Below are positions 23,638-37,700 of a DNA stretch of 64,000 nucleotides, piece by piece. A model generated the notes under the pieces. It did no database searches, had not been told where the DNA came from, and worked only from the letters and a program-made list of their open reading frames with translations. This DNA is from Lingula anatina (taxonomy: Eukaryota; Animalia; Brachiopoda), in contig CM120643.1 of the NCBI GenBank assembly GCA_051362555.1, positions 8,308,001 to 8,372,000 on the forward strand. The letters are read 5' to 3'. Position 1 is the first letter of the stretch, and every line of letters starts with the position of its first letter. A program made the translations under genes and the position numbers.

Positions 23638-26600
23638 ATAAATTAAAATGTATGGTCGCATTCAGAACAACAGACTAACTAGCCTGCGGATCAAACATGG
23701 CAACCCACTAAAAAGCTTGCCTAAAAAGACACTGAATAGATTCCCCACGGGGATTATACAGCAAGCATTCAAGTGGGTTGGTCATATTTGATCTTGGGAC
23801 TAGTTAGTTGGCTGTTGTGAATGTGGCCTATGATTTATAGATAAGATGGGTGTCTAATTGTATGTTAATGGTATATGTGTGATAACTAAAGGAAACTAGT
23901 GGGACCAGGGTGCCATGGAGTTCACTCCAAAGTACATCTCGTAGCTGCTTATTTTGTTGGAATATGAAATTTAATGTGAATATTATTTTTAGAGCCAGTT
24001 TTGTTATTATTATCGTTTTTCATGCTGCAGTATTGTAAGGAAAACTCTGAAATTAAACGAGGGAAAGTTCCAGTTTACTTATCCAGGCACTTGAAGACCA
24101 CTGGTACCTAATAAAAAATGCAATCTGCATTATCCATCAAGTGTATCTAAGCTATCTCTCAACTACATCAACCACAAATGTCAACAATGTCACCGCACAG
24201 CTCTAAACCCCATAATCAAGCTCCTGGATGACACAGATTGTGGTGTTTTTGTTGATAACTTTTTTTAAGCAAAGTTGAATGCTATACTATACCCATTCTG
24301 TTCATTTAAGGTCAGGTTGAAGGTCATTAAAAGTCAGTTCATAATGTTATTCTTTTTTCCCCTTCTTTCTGTGTATTTTAGACTGATAAACATCTAGGGG
24401 TTTAAGGTTATTCAGAAGCATTCATTTTACATCCCATAGCAATAATATGTGCATATAGGTGATGTTTTAAAAGCAGCATATATGTTAATAGTGAACTTTG
24501 AGGATTGTATTTACATCTCATGGCAATAATATGTGCATATAGGTGATGTTATGAAAGCGGCATATGTGTTAATAGTGAACTTTGAGGATTGTATTTATGT
24601 ATTCATAGGCTTTGTCATAGATACATTTCAGTCTGGACTTTAAGCCCGGCTTCAACTCTGAATTTAAATGACCTCAGCTGATAAACATATGTTAAGGTAT
24701 TAATTTAATGCACCAACATTTCACAACCAGCTCTTAGTGTTGCCCCCATCTTGATGATGAAAATGAGTTAATGGCCACCATGCATTCTCTGACAAAAATT
24801 AATAGGGATAAATGTTTTGACATTAAGTAAGGAGGGGGGATACAATCAGAGGTGAAATGTAATCCAATCCTCTGTACTTGTCTGCTGACATGCTTTTTTT
24901 TTTTTAACAAAAAGTATGCCACTTGTTCTAAATAGACCAGTCTCATAAAGACCTGTGGCCAGCAGTTTCAGAACTTGAAGGTATTTTTTTTTTCTGAAAA
25001 AGTGGACCTTTACCATCTTTGTAGATTCAATTTTTCAAAAATTATATATTAAAAATCTATATCAAAGTTTGATTCAGAGTGGGGCTTTTTTGGAACTAAA
25101 AAGTATTCCCCCCCCTTATTTGACAAGGAATGTAACAGAATCAAGTTTTAAATATTTGCTTATAATGCACTGGAGTGTGCTCATAATAGAGTGCTAGGTA
25201 AATGTTTTCACATTCTTGCAAACAGAAGAATTGGGATTACTTTTACTGCTGTATACCTGCATTTAAAATGGGATGTTAGGGACTGTTCCCATTACCCTAT
25301 CGTATTAGCTGGATCGATCTAACTCCTCGCGGATTCTTGCTAAATTGCATTAAGTTTAAGCAGTTTAAATGTGACATTCCCCCCCCCCCCCCCCCCCCTT
25401 GTAACTTAAAGCTATTGAGTAAAGTTGGAAAAACTTTCTGGTCCATGATGTTGTTCATGTTGCTTTGCGAGGGGGTGTGGCCGGTGTGCCAAACAATTAA
25501 GCCGATTACACTGTCTGCGCCTTAGTGAGATAGGTCGATTCTGCTAGTACGATAAGGTTATGAGAATGCAGTCTAAGTATGTGTCTAAGACTGGCATGTC
25601 AGTATTTACATTTCACTACTTTACATTCCTGAAGCTTACGAGTTCAAATCAATTTTATGCCCACCATTGTTGATTTATTTTTTCTTTGATAAGTACTCAA
25701 GTATATTCTTTGGTGAAATGTTACACGATATGCATTTGAATAATGCATTTTATTTTGTCAGCTGAAAGGCAAGCAGGATCAAGTTTTTCATCAGATCACA
25801 AGACACTATTGGAATGTCCTTGCTATGGAAATGTAATCTATGTGTATCCAGTGCTCAGATTCCATGGTTGTTCAGGCCTGTGTTCCTTTTATAGAATCTT
25901 GTGGCATTGAGTCTTGTAACTGTAGGCCTGATTTTATATAATCAAATTTTGCTGAGGTTTAGATTTTACCATTTGCTGTGTGTGTGTGTGTGAGGGGGGG
26001 GGGGGTGTTAAAAGATTTAGATTATTCACGTCCCATCTAGTAGCAAGGGGTCGACATAGGTTTTTGAAGGAGAAAAAAAAAGGATTCGATCCTTATGCAA
26101 TTTTTGAGTGATTATCTGTAGTCATTTTCTCATTTTTGATATATGTCTGGGCTTGACTTGAGTCATAGTCAGTGGGCATATTTGGGGTACGTAGTGGTTT
26201 CTTTTGTGTTATCCAAGCTGTGGGGATAGTGCGGCAGCCACACCTCTATGACTTGCCTGTACCAGATATACTGCCAGGGGCAGGCCATTAGTATTTTGAT
26301 TAATGGATAGATGAAATGGGGTCATGTAATAATTTTTGAATATTTACTTAAAGTTTGTTATACTAATAACAAAATTCTTTCTCCAAAAAATTAAAATGCA
26401 GCACCTTTTTTTTATTTTTGTAAATTAAAAGATTTTTTGAGATGGGCTTAAAACTATCCCTTTTGATTAAAGATAGTTGTTGTTTTTTTCAAAGGCATAG
26501 AAAATTATGGCGTTAGAGGAATTTCGGAAGAGGGGATGCTTCAGGTGCAAAATCACGCAAACAGCCCCTTCGTCATCATCATCAGCACCACTGTGCAAAT

Positions 26601-28396
26601 TTGGACTACTACACTGTGTCATTCCCTCTTTTTTGTCCTCAGGGAAGGTCTATTAGTCATGCTAAAATAGTGTAACTTGGCATAGTTAGCTTAATGGTGA
26701 GGGGGTCATGTGTTCCTCTTTAAGTCTTCATACGTAAGATCATATTTTACTCCTGTCCATCCTAAATTGGGTTGTTATCATCAAATAGCATCTCACGACT
26801 GATAATAACACTACACCTTTTCTTGACCGAATTTCCAATAAATTATGAGACTTTTGACTTTTCCCACCTCTGTTGAAGAAGGTGTGCTCCCCCCTTTTGT
26901 ACCCTCCTCAGGCATCTCGGTGAATTAGAGACCTGTTCTGGGTGACATCGCCTGTGACACATTCTGCCACGATGACGTGATATTAGCTTATGTCTTAAGA
27001 CATTGTAAAGATTTCCCATCAACCTCGGGTGTGGACTTTCACTTTGCACCCTGTGTGTTTCACTCTATAGGGACTGCTGCTGATGTGGAATTTAACTGGA
27101 TGTCTTAGTCTCTAGGAGGTCTTTACACAGAGACAAGAGGCGAAGTTTATTTGAAGATTTTTTATGGTGCCTGTCCATGTTGTATGGATTAAGTGACCAT
27201 TTTCTTTTGATACTTTCAATCAGCTGAGGATTCCTTTACAGTGAATCTTTTATTTTCTTTTGTGAAGACAGCAAATATAAAGAATTGGTCCAAGAGCTTC
27301 TTTATTGGCATGGCAGTGATCTTTTGGGATTTCAGTGTAGGATTTGGAAAAAAAAATTGAATGCATTGGATCGATAAATTGTGTAACATTACTGAGGTTT
27401 TGGCATTCAGGAAACTTGGCTCCAGTTATTAGAAATGAGAACATTTGCCCTGTGCATTGTCTGATGCAGAAATCGGGAACTAGAGGATCACTGAACGCAG
27501 GAACTGTGAAAGCAGAACTGCCTGGCACGCACATGTTAGAATCCCTGGAACTGTTCTCTTGTCAGGAAGCACAGAAATAGAATAGCACATATATTCTTTG
27601 GCAAGGCAGCACAAAATTGTCAAGGCCAACATGGATGCATTGGCTTGCTTTCTCCATTGAACCGTGAAATGTTGATGATATTTGACGCTTGACATATCAG
27701 AAACAATTTGGATTCAATAATACTCTTTGTGGCTGCAAAATAACTGCATTATTTTCAGACAGAACCCAGAATTAGGTGGTTGCTTTATTGACATTGCACA
27801 AGTGACAACTGCATACATTAAGACTACTAGTATATTTTTTCTCACTTCCCAGTTCATGATCGCGATTCGGTGACATTGGCCTATCTTGGGTTACAAACCA
27901 CATTTTCATCCAGCTACTGTATTGAACAAAACGAGACATTGTTCTAGAAACTTCTGTGACTGCTTCGTGTGTCATCTTCATACTACAGGACAAGCATAGA
28001 CTGCTGAACTGAACGATGGCTGTTGCAACAAAAAAATTAATTAGCAAACGTCTTACTAAATTTCAGGGTTCAGACCCTCTGCTCCAGACGGCCCGTGGAA
28101 AGCTCCAGTCGCGGAGGTCCAAACTGAATGACCAAATCAACAAGGAGCTGCGGATGAGGGCAGGAGCTGAGAATTTGTACAGGTAAGGCCCGATTTTCAT
28201 TTGCTTAAACACAAATCTCTCTATTCTCTTCAATCGTACTCTTTTTGGAATTGTGTACTCGGTCTAAGCAGTAATGTGAGCATCCTTGGATAAAATTGTC
28301 CCAGGGGCATACTGATAGAGTGGAGTGATAACTGCTATGAAGTAATGGGAAATAATCAGAATGGGATGTGACGTGGATTTTGAAATGCAGTAAGCC

Positions 28397-28482
<86 letters not shown>

Positions 28483-31400
28483 ACAGTATCTAAGGGAACA
28501 AATAGCAGCGCCATTAGTTTTTTCCACTTTTACCACAGGTATTTTGTAATCACCTGTAAAACATGTCTCAATCCATCAAGCAGTACACTAGAGCCACTTA
28601 ATGCTGCTTTGTGTGTAGAAAGCGTTCTACACCTTGAGAAGGCACTATGCCTTATAATTATATGTAGTACTACTTCATTTTGTAATGCTCATTCTTAATT
28701 GTTGGGGGATGGAATGGATTTTATGATTTACCTTTGGTCTGTTATTTATCCTCAAGTATTTTTAAATCTTTCTTTTGTTACAGTTTCATATTATTATTGT
28801 ACCACCAGCGTAGGCGCTGGCGGTACCCATGGTTTTAGTCCCGACCCGTATGTTCCGCCGGCTCCTGCGGCTCCGCCGGCTCCTGCGGCTCCGCCGCCAA
28901 GTCACCGTTACCGCTTCTCCTCATAGACGGTAAGGGCCCCTGTACCCATCTCTTGGATTTAGCTCACCTATAATCTCAACTCGTTCCACGTAAAATTTGG
29001 GCTTTGTCGGTATTGGGGTCTAGGTGTGGCACTCATTGCAATGCACCCTTGTCTAAAAATGGCAAAATTAAATGCTAATTATCTACCCTACGGAAGGAGT
29101 TATGGGAAAAATTTCTACAGACAGCTTTCCAAAAGTCATATGTGTAGATTTCAAATATGCCCTTGGATTTGACCTTTGACCTTTATTTCAAGGTCAAACG
29201 GGCCAAAATTTTCAAAAAAATGAAATTTTTTATGAAAAAAATTTTTTTTGCCCTGTTATTCAGACACCACACAGACTTAACCAATAATATTATTGGAAAG
29301 TGTTACCCTTCGGGTCATCTTTCATCTCCGTGAATTTGGGGTCAATTGGTGCATTTTCACGGGAGTAGCGGCCATAAAGTACCGAAACTGAAAACTGTCT
29401 CTAATTCAGGAACCGTTAATGCTAGAGACCCATTCTTTTTTGCATTTTGTAGAGCATGTAAAGGCCAACACTGGAGGTGGTCTCCGTTTTTTTGTATTCC
29501 ATACGGTTTTCAAGTTACGCTGTATCAAAAAGTACATATTGGTGGTGAAAGCAAAATGTGCAGTACGGTAATGGATAATAAATTTTGAACTCTGGAAAAA
29601 TAATAAATAAGGCTTGGCAAAGCAGACAACTTGTGGTCAAAAATGACATTATTTCATCAAATTTGAACTTCTGGAACTTCAGAGCACCTCCTATTTTAAG
29701 AATTTTGACCAAAATGATGTTTTCTTTATTTTAATTAATCTTTTCTGTAGGAAATTTATGGCACATTATGGTAACTCCAAAATTATAACATTTAGTCCCT
29801 TATATCTCCAAAACTGGCAGAGATAGGTCCATAGTTACTATTGAAGTTGAATAGGAAGTCATAAACTGGCAATCTTACTGTGACCTTGAAATTGACCTTT
29901 GACCTACTTTTCACCATGAACTGAACTTTGCAAATTTTGCTTCCCTTATATCTCCAAAACTGGCAGAGAGAGATCCATAGTTTCTATTGAAGTTGAATGG
30001 GAAGTCATATACTGGCAATCTAAATGTGACCGTAAAATTGACCTTTGACCTACTTTTCACCATGAACTGAACTTTGCGAATTTTGCTTCCCTTTTATCTC
30101 CAAAACTGGCAGAGATAGGTCCATGGTTACTGTTGAACTTGAATAGGAAGTAATATAATGGCAATCTAAATATGACCGTAAAATTGACCTTTGACCTACT
30201 TTTCACCATGAACTGAACTTTGCAAATTTTGCTTCCCTTATATCTCCAAAACTGGCAGAGATAGGTCCATAGTTACTATTGAAGTTGAATGGGAAGTCAT
30301 ATACTGGCAATCTAAATGTGACCGTAAAATTGACCTTTGACCTACTTTTCACCATGAACTGAACTTTGCAAATTTTGCTTCCCTTTTATCTCCAAAACTG
30401 GCAGAGATAGGTCCATAGTTACTATTGAACTTGAATAGGAAGTTATATACTGGCAATCTAAATGTGACCTTAAAATTGACCTTTGACCTACTTTTCACCA
30501 TGAACTGAACTTTGCAAATTTTGCTTCCCTTTTATCTCCAAAACTGGCAGAGATAAGTCCATAGTTACTATTGAACTTGTATAGGAAGTCATATACTGGC
30601 AATCTAAATGTGACCTTAAAATTGACCTTTGACCTACTTTTCACTATGAACTGAACTTTGCAAATTTTGCTTCCCTTTTATCTCTAAAGTTACGCTGTAT
30701 CAAAAAATACATATTGGTGGTGAAAGCAAAATGTGCAGTACGGTAATGGATAATAAATTTTGAACTCCGGAAAAATAATACATAAGGCTTGGCAAAGCAG
30801 ACAACTTGTGGTGAAAAATGACATTATTTCATGAAATTTAAACACCTGGAACTTCAGAGCACCTCCCATTCCAAAGATTTTGACCAAAATGACCTTTTTT
30901 TTTATTTTAATTTTTTTTTTTTCTGTAGGAAATTTATGGCACATTATGGTAACTCCAAAATTATAACATTTAGTCTCTTTTATCTACAAAACTGGCAGAG
31001 ATAGGTCCATAGATACTATTGAACTTGAATAGAAAGTCATATACTGGCAATCTTACTGTGACCTTGAAATTGACATTTGACCTATTTTTCACCATGAACT
31101 GAACTTTGCAAATTTTGCTTCCCTTATATCTCCAAAACTGGCAGAGATAGGTCCATAGTTACTATTGAACTTGAATAGAAGTCAAATACTGGCAATCTTA
31201 CTGTGACCTTGAAATTGACCTTTGATCTACTTTTCACCATGAACTGAATTTTGCAAATTTTGCTTCCCTTTTATCTCTAAAACTGGCAGAGATAGGTCCA
31301 TAGTTACTATTGAACTTGAATAGGAAGTCTTATACTGGCAATCTAAATGTGACCTTGAAATTGATCTTTGACCCACTTTTTATCATGAATTGAACTTGGC

Positions 31401-31726
31401 AAATTTTTGTTCCCTTTTATCTCCAAAACTAGCGAGATAGGTCCATAGTTACTATTGAACTTGAATAGGAAGTCATATACTGGCAATTTACTGTGACCTT
31501 GAAAATGACCTTTCTCCTACCTTACGATGAACTTTAAATTTGATTGTACCATTTTTAGTTTGCATATATTGAAAATTCTTGTTGATTGCATGTTTACAGC
31601 TTGTCAAGCACAAGACTGGTGGCTGTGTCCCTTATTTTGTGTATGTGGGGGTCTATACGAATGCGCTTGCTCCAGCTGGTGGTACAATATTCGGAGGCGG
31701 TATCGCCTCTCTGATCCTCTAGTTAA

Positions 31727-31768
<42 letters not shown>

Positions 31769-34700
31769 ATTTTATTTACTGCTATGATGTTTGATTTTTA
31801 ATAAGGTCAATTCAGTGCAGTTTAAAAGTTTCTCACAGTCTAGTTGTTAAATCATCTGCAGTTTTCTTCAACACATACATTATGAAACAGACTATTCAAA
31901 GTACAGTTTGTACATGATATATGTGTCATTTGACTAACATTCCCTCATGTTTTATACTGTCTCCTGAGACCTGCAATAGGATATGATAATTACAGTACCC
32001 CAGAGCTTGCTTCAGCCTTCCATATCTCACACATGTGGCTTTTGTCAGTCTGTTCCCTCCTCAAAATTGAGCTCATCATGACTAGGGTTTTCCCAGTGAA
32101 CTGCCCAGCCATCATTTGGACAGCTGCCAGCATCACTGGGCAGCCTATATATATATATATATATATATTCAAAGATGGCTGGACGGCTTATGGATTTTTT
32201 GAAAATATGATGGCTTTCGGCATGCTTGAACTCCCTGAAATTTTGTAGGAAATTATAGGTGGTAATTTTGGACGGCCTGTACCCCCCAGTCCTTAGAAAA
32301 GCCCTGGTTTGTGATATAGGATATGCAGGCTTGTTACCAGCAATTTCAGTTGGGGTGCATTTTTTTTAAGAAGTGGACCTTTTCACCTGCTTAGTTGTCC
32401 CAACTTAAATAACACAGCGAACCTTTTTCTATGTAAGGGTGGTTCTTTTGAACTACTAGAAAACCCAGTCTATTGGTCTGATAGAGAGTTCACAACATTA
32501 GAGAAAACACGTTTTAATTTTTTCTCGTCTTTAGTGATGAATTGACTTGAATAAAATTAAAGTATGAGAGCACCTGTAATGTCCTTTAAAAATGTCTCAA
32601 TCCAGAAAGCAGCAAGTAAATACTATGTAGATGTAAATGTTAATGCGGGGAGTTTTATGAGATCAGAAAAATATTGTATATTTTTCACAAATATAGTTCC
32701 GCTAGTAGCTCAGTTTTGCTCATCTCTCACGTTGCCACATTTTCTTCATCTGATGCCCTGTCTTGACATCGACAAAATAAATTCCATCAGATCTCCATTA
32801 TCACCAGCGAGGTGTGAAAGGACTTAAAAATCAGTTGCAAATGGCTGGTGCTATGAAGTCTGTCACGCAACGCATGGCAGTCCATCCATAGCACTGTCAG
32901 TGTTGTCACAGTAGTTACTGTGATGTTGCATCAACGGTGCCAGATTGACAGTAAACTATAAATTAGCATAGAAAAAGGTACAACAGATGACTCCTAAGAT
33001 CACAATTTAGTATTATGGAAAAAATTGTTTTCCAAGACTTGAACTTGAGTATTAATATGTGTCATTAAGAGATAAGAATGCTGCCACTGCCCATTCTCTT
33101 GTCTCATTTGACTATGCAGTGAATTTTATTAATGACCAACAAAATGGCCATTCGTCAGTGTCCAGTCTGAAGCTGTGGTCCCTGGTGACAACTTCATTTG
33201 TCATGTCCAGGTGTCATGTTGTCTGGTTATTGGTACATGAGTGACCCTTGTGACCATGTAGGACAGTTCAAGTGTATTGCCTGGTAGATATATCCTGCTT
33301 TGGAAGAGGGGGAGGGGAGTGGATTTTTTTTTTTTTTTTTTTTTTATTATTATTTTTTTTTTAGGTGGGGGGGGGGGGAGTGCAAGAGCATATTGTCAGT
33401 ATACCATTGGCAGTTCAACTTGGCACAGCTTGAAAGGGAAACACAATATCTGATATGTCATATCTAATTGGAGCCCATGCGAAAAATTTATTGGATTACA
33501 AATGGGATAGCTACTACCAAATGTGGTAAACATAATCTAAAACACTTTCCAGATACTGTATCCAGTTGTCCTCAAATTTATGTGCTATTTCAGTTATATT
33601 TAGAATTTGTTACTGGAGCTGTTATCTGTGCCTTGTATGGAGGTTGGTATATAGAATACCCTCGTCCAATTTACTTTAAGCAAATTAAGAGTTTATTTGA
33701 AAAGTATTTGCAACAATTTGTGTTTCCGTCAGTGTTTATGCAGTGTTTGCAATACCGTATCTTATGTCCTAAGAATTGTGTTAGAAAACAAATATTTTTA
33801 ATAGTTTGCACACTATTAAAAATTCCAAATGGCTTTTATATATTCTTTTGTCCTTTGCACTTTCGTGAGAAAATTTGGTGAAAAAAATGTAGCAAAAACA
33901 TGAGACAGCATGATGCATTCAAATATTGTAGTGTTCAGTAGTGCCTGCACAGTGTTGACTTGAACTTGATTATAGACGGACTCCAAACACGTAATAACCT
34001 GTACATAATATCAAGACTTGTCCTGTTTAATTGGATAATTTCATCATGCATATTACCACAGCTCCTTTACTGAAGAAAAAGAGTAAGATGTTTTGTTTTG
34101 AACAGGATGGCCATCACTCTTGTGTCAAAAATATATGAGGTGTCAAACCTCTCCGTGTAGTTTTCAGTTTTTTGATATTTTTTGATGCAGGATATCTAGG
34201 CTGGAATATTTACCGGTACCCCTGGGGAAGAACCCTTCACATGCCCCATTAATGAAGCCATAAGTATATCAAATATCACCCATTAAACATTCTCATCTGC
34301 TAAGCAGATTGCAGAATTAATATCAATACAAGAGCTATCCAGGTTTGACAACTTAACAAATGCTATTCTCAGAATGAGTGGGTTTTTTAACCAGTAAATT
34401 AACAGCTGGAAACAAAGAATATAGTGAATCTAGTCAGAATTATAAGGTTTTATTAAAAAGCAAACATAAAGAGTTGGGACCCTTATTACTGGATGCAGGA
34501 TATCAATATCCTTTTTCTGTCTTACACCCCATTTCCGTAGATTTTTAGATCGATCTATCCCTGTGGGGAGTCTCACTAGACTGCTGTCAGCTTGGCCGGC
34601 TTAAGCGTCTGTCCCGCCTACTAAAAGCTGTAAAGTGGTAATTAACTATGGTGCCCGCTCGGCTGACTGCAATTTAGCGTGAACCCCCAGGGAGTTAGGT

Positions 34701-37700
34701 CGATCAAAATCTTAATCTTTAGATCGATCTGAATCTCTGGGAAAGCACCCTTATTCTTTAATAACCAGCAAGTGTCCTTCATATATATTCTAATCAAGTT
34801 TTATTGTACCACCAGCGTTAGCGCTGGCGGTACACATGGTTTCGGTCCCGTCCGGATCGTTCTGCCGGCTCCGCCGGCTCCGTTGGCTCTGCCGGCTCCG
34901 CCGGACGGCTACCGTTACCGCTTCTCCTCCTAGACAGTAAGGGCCCCCGTACCCATCTCATGGATTTAGGTCACCTATAATCTCAACTCGTTCCACGTAA
35001 AATTTGGGCTTTGTCGGTATTGGGGTCTGGGTGTGGCACTCATTGCAATGCACCCTTGTCTAAAAATGGCAAAATTAAATGCTAATTATCTACCCTACGG
35101 AAGGAGTTATGAGAAAAATTTCTATAGACGGCTTTCCAAAAGTCATATGTGTAGATTTCAAATATACCCTTGGATTTGACCTTTGACCTCTACTTCAAGG
35201 TCAAATGGGCCAAAATTTTCAAAAAAATGAAATTTTTTACGAAAAAAATTTTTTTTGCCCTGTTATTCAGACACCACACAGACTTAACCAATAATATTAT
35301 TGGAAAGTGTTACCCTTCAGGTCATCTTTCATCTCCATGAATTTGGGGTCAATCGGTGCATTTTCACGGGAGTAGCGGCCATAAGATACCGAAACTGAAA
35401 ACTGTCTCTAATTTGGGAACCGTTAATGCTAGAGACCCATTCTTTTTTGCATTTTGTAGAGCATGTAAAGCCCAACACTGGAGGTGGTCTCGGTTTTTTT
35501 GTATTCCATACGGTTTTCGAGTTACGCTGTATCAAAAAGTACATATTGGTGGTAAAAGCAAAATGTGCAGTACGGTAATGGATAATAAATTTTGAACTCT
35601 GGAAAAATAAAACATAAGGCTTGGCAAAGCAGACAACTTGTGTTCAAAAATGACATTATTTCATCAAATTTGAACTTCTGAAACTTCAGAGCACCTCCTA
35701 TTTCAAGAATTTTGACCAAAATGACATTTTCTTTATTTTAATTAATTTTTTCTGTACGAAATTTAAGGCACATTATGGTAACTCCAAAATTATAACATCT
35801 AGTCCCTTATATCTCCAAAACTGGCAGAGATAGGTCCATAGTTACTATTGAAGTTGAATAGGAAGTCATATACTGGCAATCTTACTATGACCTTGAAATT
35901 GACCTTTGACCTACTTTTCACCATGAACTGAACTTTGCAAATTTTTCTTCCCTTTTATCTCCAAAACTGGCAGAGATAGGTCCATAGTTACTATTGAACT
36001 TGAATAGGAAGTCATATACTGGCAATCTAAATGTGACCTTAAAATTGACCTTTGACCTACTTTACACCATGAACTGAATTTTGCAAATTTTGCTTTCCTT
36101 TTATCTCCAAAACTGGCAGAGATAGGTCCGTAGTTACTATTGAACTTGAATAGGAAGTCATATACTGGCAATCTATATGTGACATTAAAATTGACCTTTG
36201 ACCTACTTTTCACCATGAACTGAATTTTGCAAATTTTGCTTTCCTTTTATCTCCAAAACTGGCTGAGATAGGTCCGTAGTTACTATTGAATTGAATAGAA
36301 AGTCATATACTGGCAATCTAAATGTGACCTTAAAATTGACCTTTGACCTACTTTTCACCATAAACTGAACTTTGCAAAATTTGCTTCCCTTTTATCTCCA
36401 AAACTGGCAGAGATAGGTCCATAGTTACTATTGAACTTGAATAGGAAGTCATATACTGGCAATCTAAATGTGACCTTAAAATTGACCTTTGACCTACTTT
36501 TCACCATGAACTGAATTTTGCAAATTTTGCTTTCCTTTTATCTCCAAAACTGGCTGAGATAGGTCCGTAGTTACTATTGAACTTGAATAGGAAGTCATAT
36601 ACTGGCAATCTAAATGTGACCTTAAAATTGACCTTTGACCTACTTTTCACCATAAACTGAACTTTGCAAATATTGCTTCCCTTTTATCTCCAAAACTGGC
36701 AGAGATAGGTCCATAGTTACTATTGAACTTGAATAGGAAGTCATATACTGGCAATCTAAATGTGACCTTGAAATTGACCTTTGACCTACTTTTCACCATG
36801 AACTGAACTTTGCAAACTTTTCTGCCCTTTTATCTCCAAAACTGGCAGAGATAGGTCCATAGTTACTATTGAACTTGAAAAGGAAGTCATATACTGGCAA
36901 TCTAAATGTGACCTTAAAATTGACCTTTGACCTACTTTACACCATGAACTGAATTTTGCAAATTTTGCTTTCTTTTTATCTCCAAAACTGGCTGAGATAG
37001 GTCCGTAGTTACTATTGAACTTGAATAGGAAGTCATATACTGGCATTATAAATGTGACATTAAAATTAACCTTTGTCCTACTTTTCACCATAAACTGAAC
37101 TTTGCAAATTTTGCTTCCCTTTTATCTCCAAAACTGGCAGAGATAGGTCCATAGTTACTATTGAAGTTGAATAGGAAGTCATATACTGGCAATCTTACTA
37201 TGACCTTGAAATTGACCTTTGACCTACTTTTCACCATGAACTGAACTTTGCAAATTTTTCTTCCCTTTTATCTCCAAAACTGGCAGAGATAGGTCCATAG
37301 TTACTATTGAACTTGAATAGGAAGTCATATACTGGCAATCTAAATGTGACCTTAAAATTGACCTTTGACCTACTTTTCACCATAAACTGAACTTTGCAAA
37401 TTTTGCTTCCCTTTTATCTCCAAAACTGGCAGAGATAGGTCCATAGTTACTATTGAACTTGAATAGGAAGTCATATACTGGCAATCTAAATGTGACCTTG
37501 AAATTGACCTTTGACCTACTTTTCACCATGAACTGAACTTTGCAAACTTTTCTGCCCTTTTATCTCCAAAACTGGCAGAGATAGGTCCATAGTTACTATT
37601 GAACTTGAAAAGGAAGTCATATACTGGCAATCTAAATGTGACCTTAAAATTGACCTTTGACCTACTTTACACCATGAACTGAATTTTGCAAATTTTGCTT

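Larger units (their letters stand above)
28795..31724 (+). mobile_element. Non-autonomous Helentron/HINE-like (Helitron2) element with internal 146-bp tandem arrays, copy 1
   Basis: 15-bp subterminal inverted repeats TATTGTACCACCAGC (28795) and GCTGGTGGTACAATA (31675). It has a 5' hairpin overlapping the subTIR, a GC-rich 9-mer microsatellite (CCGCCGGCT-like), a central satellite, a 3' stem-loop GAGGCG-gtat-CGCCTC (31694-31709), a terminal CTAGTT and T-rich flanks. No transposase ORF. Confidence 0.8.

Noticed and set aside
28264-28926. ERERER and PAPAAPP low-complexity ORFs
   Set aside because: Translations of the (CT)n microsatellite and the HINE 9-mer microsatellite.
33468-33881. 137-aa intronic ORF
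   Set aside because: Non-ATG start, AT-rich composition, no recognisable domain, and it lies within rhophilin intron 2.
34507-34515. ATATCCTTT U12-like donor in rhophilin intron 2
   Set aside because: No upstream exon or matching AC acceptor was found, and the rhophilin frame is complete with GT-AG introns.
29346-35719. Repeated 65-84 aa ORFs ([10 protein letters not shown]..., MVKIL...) in the HINE core
   Set aside because: They recur because the element core is duplicated. No Rep/helicase or other recognisable motif.
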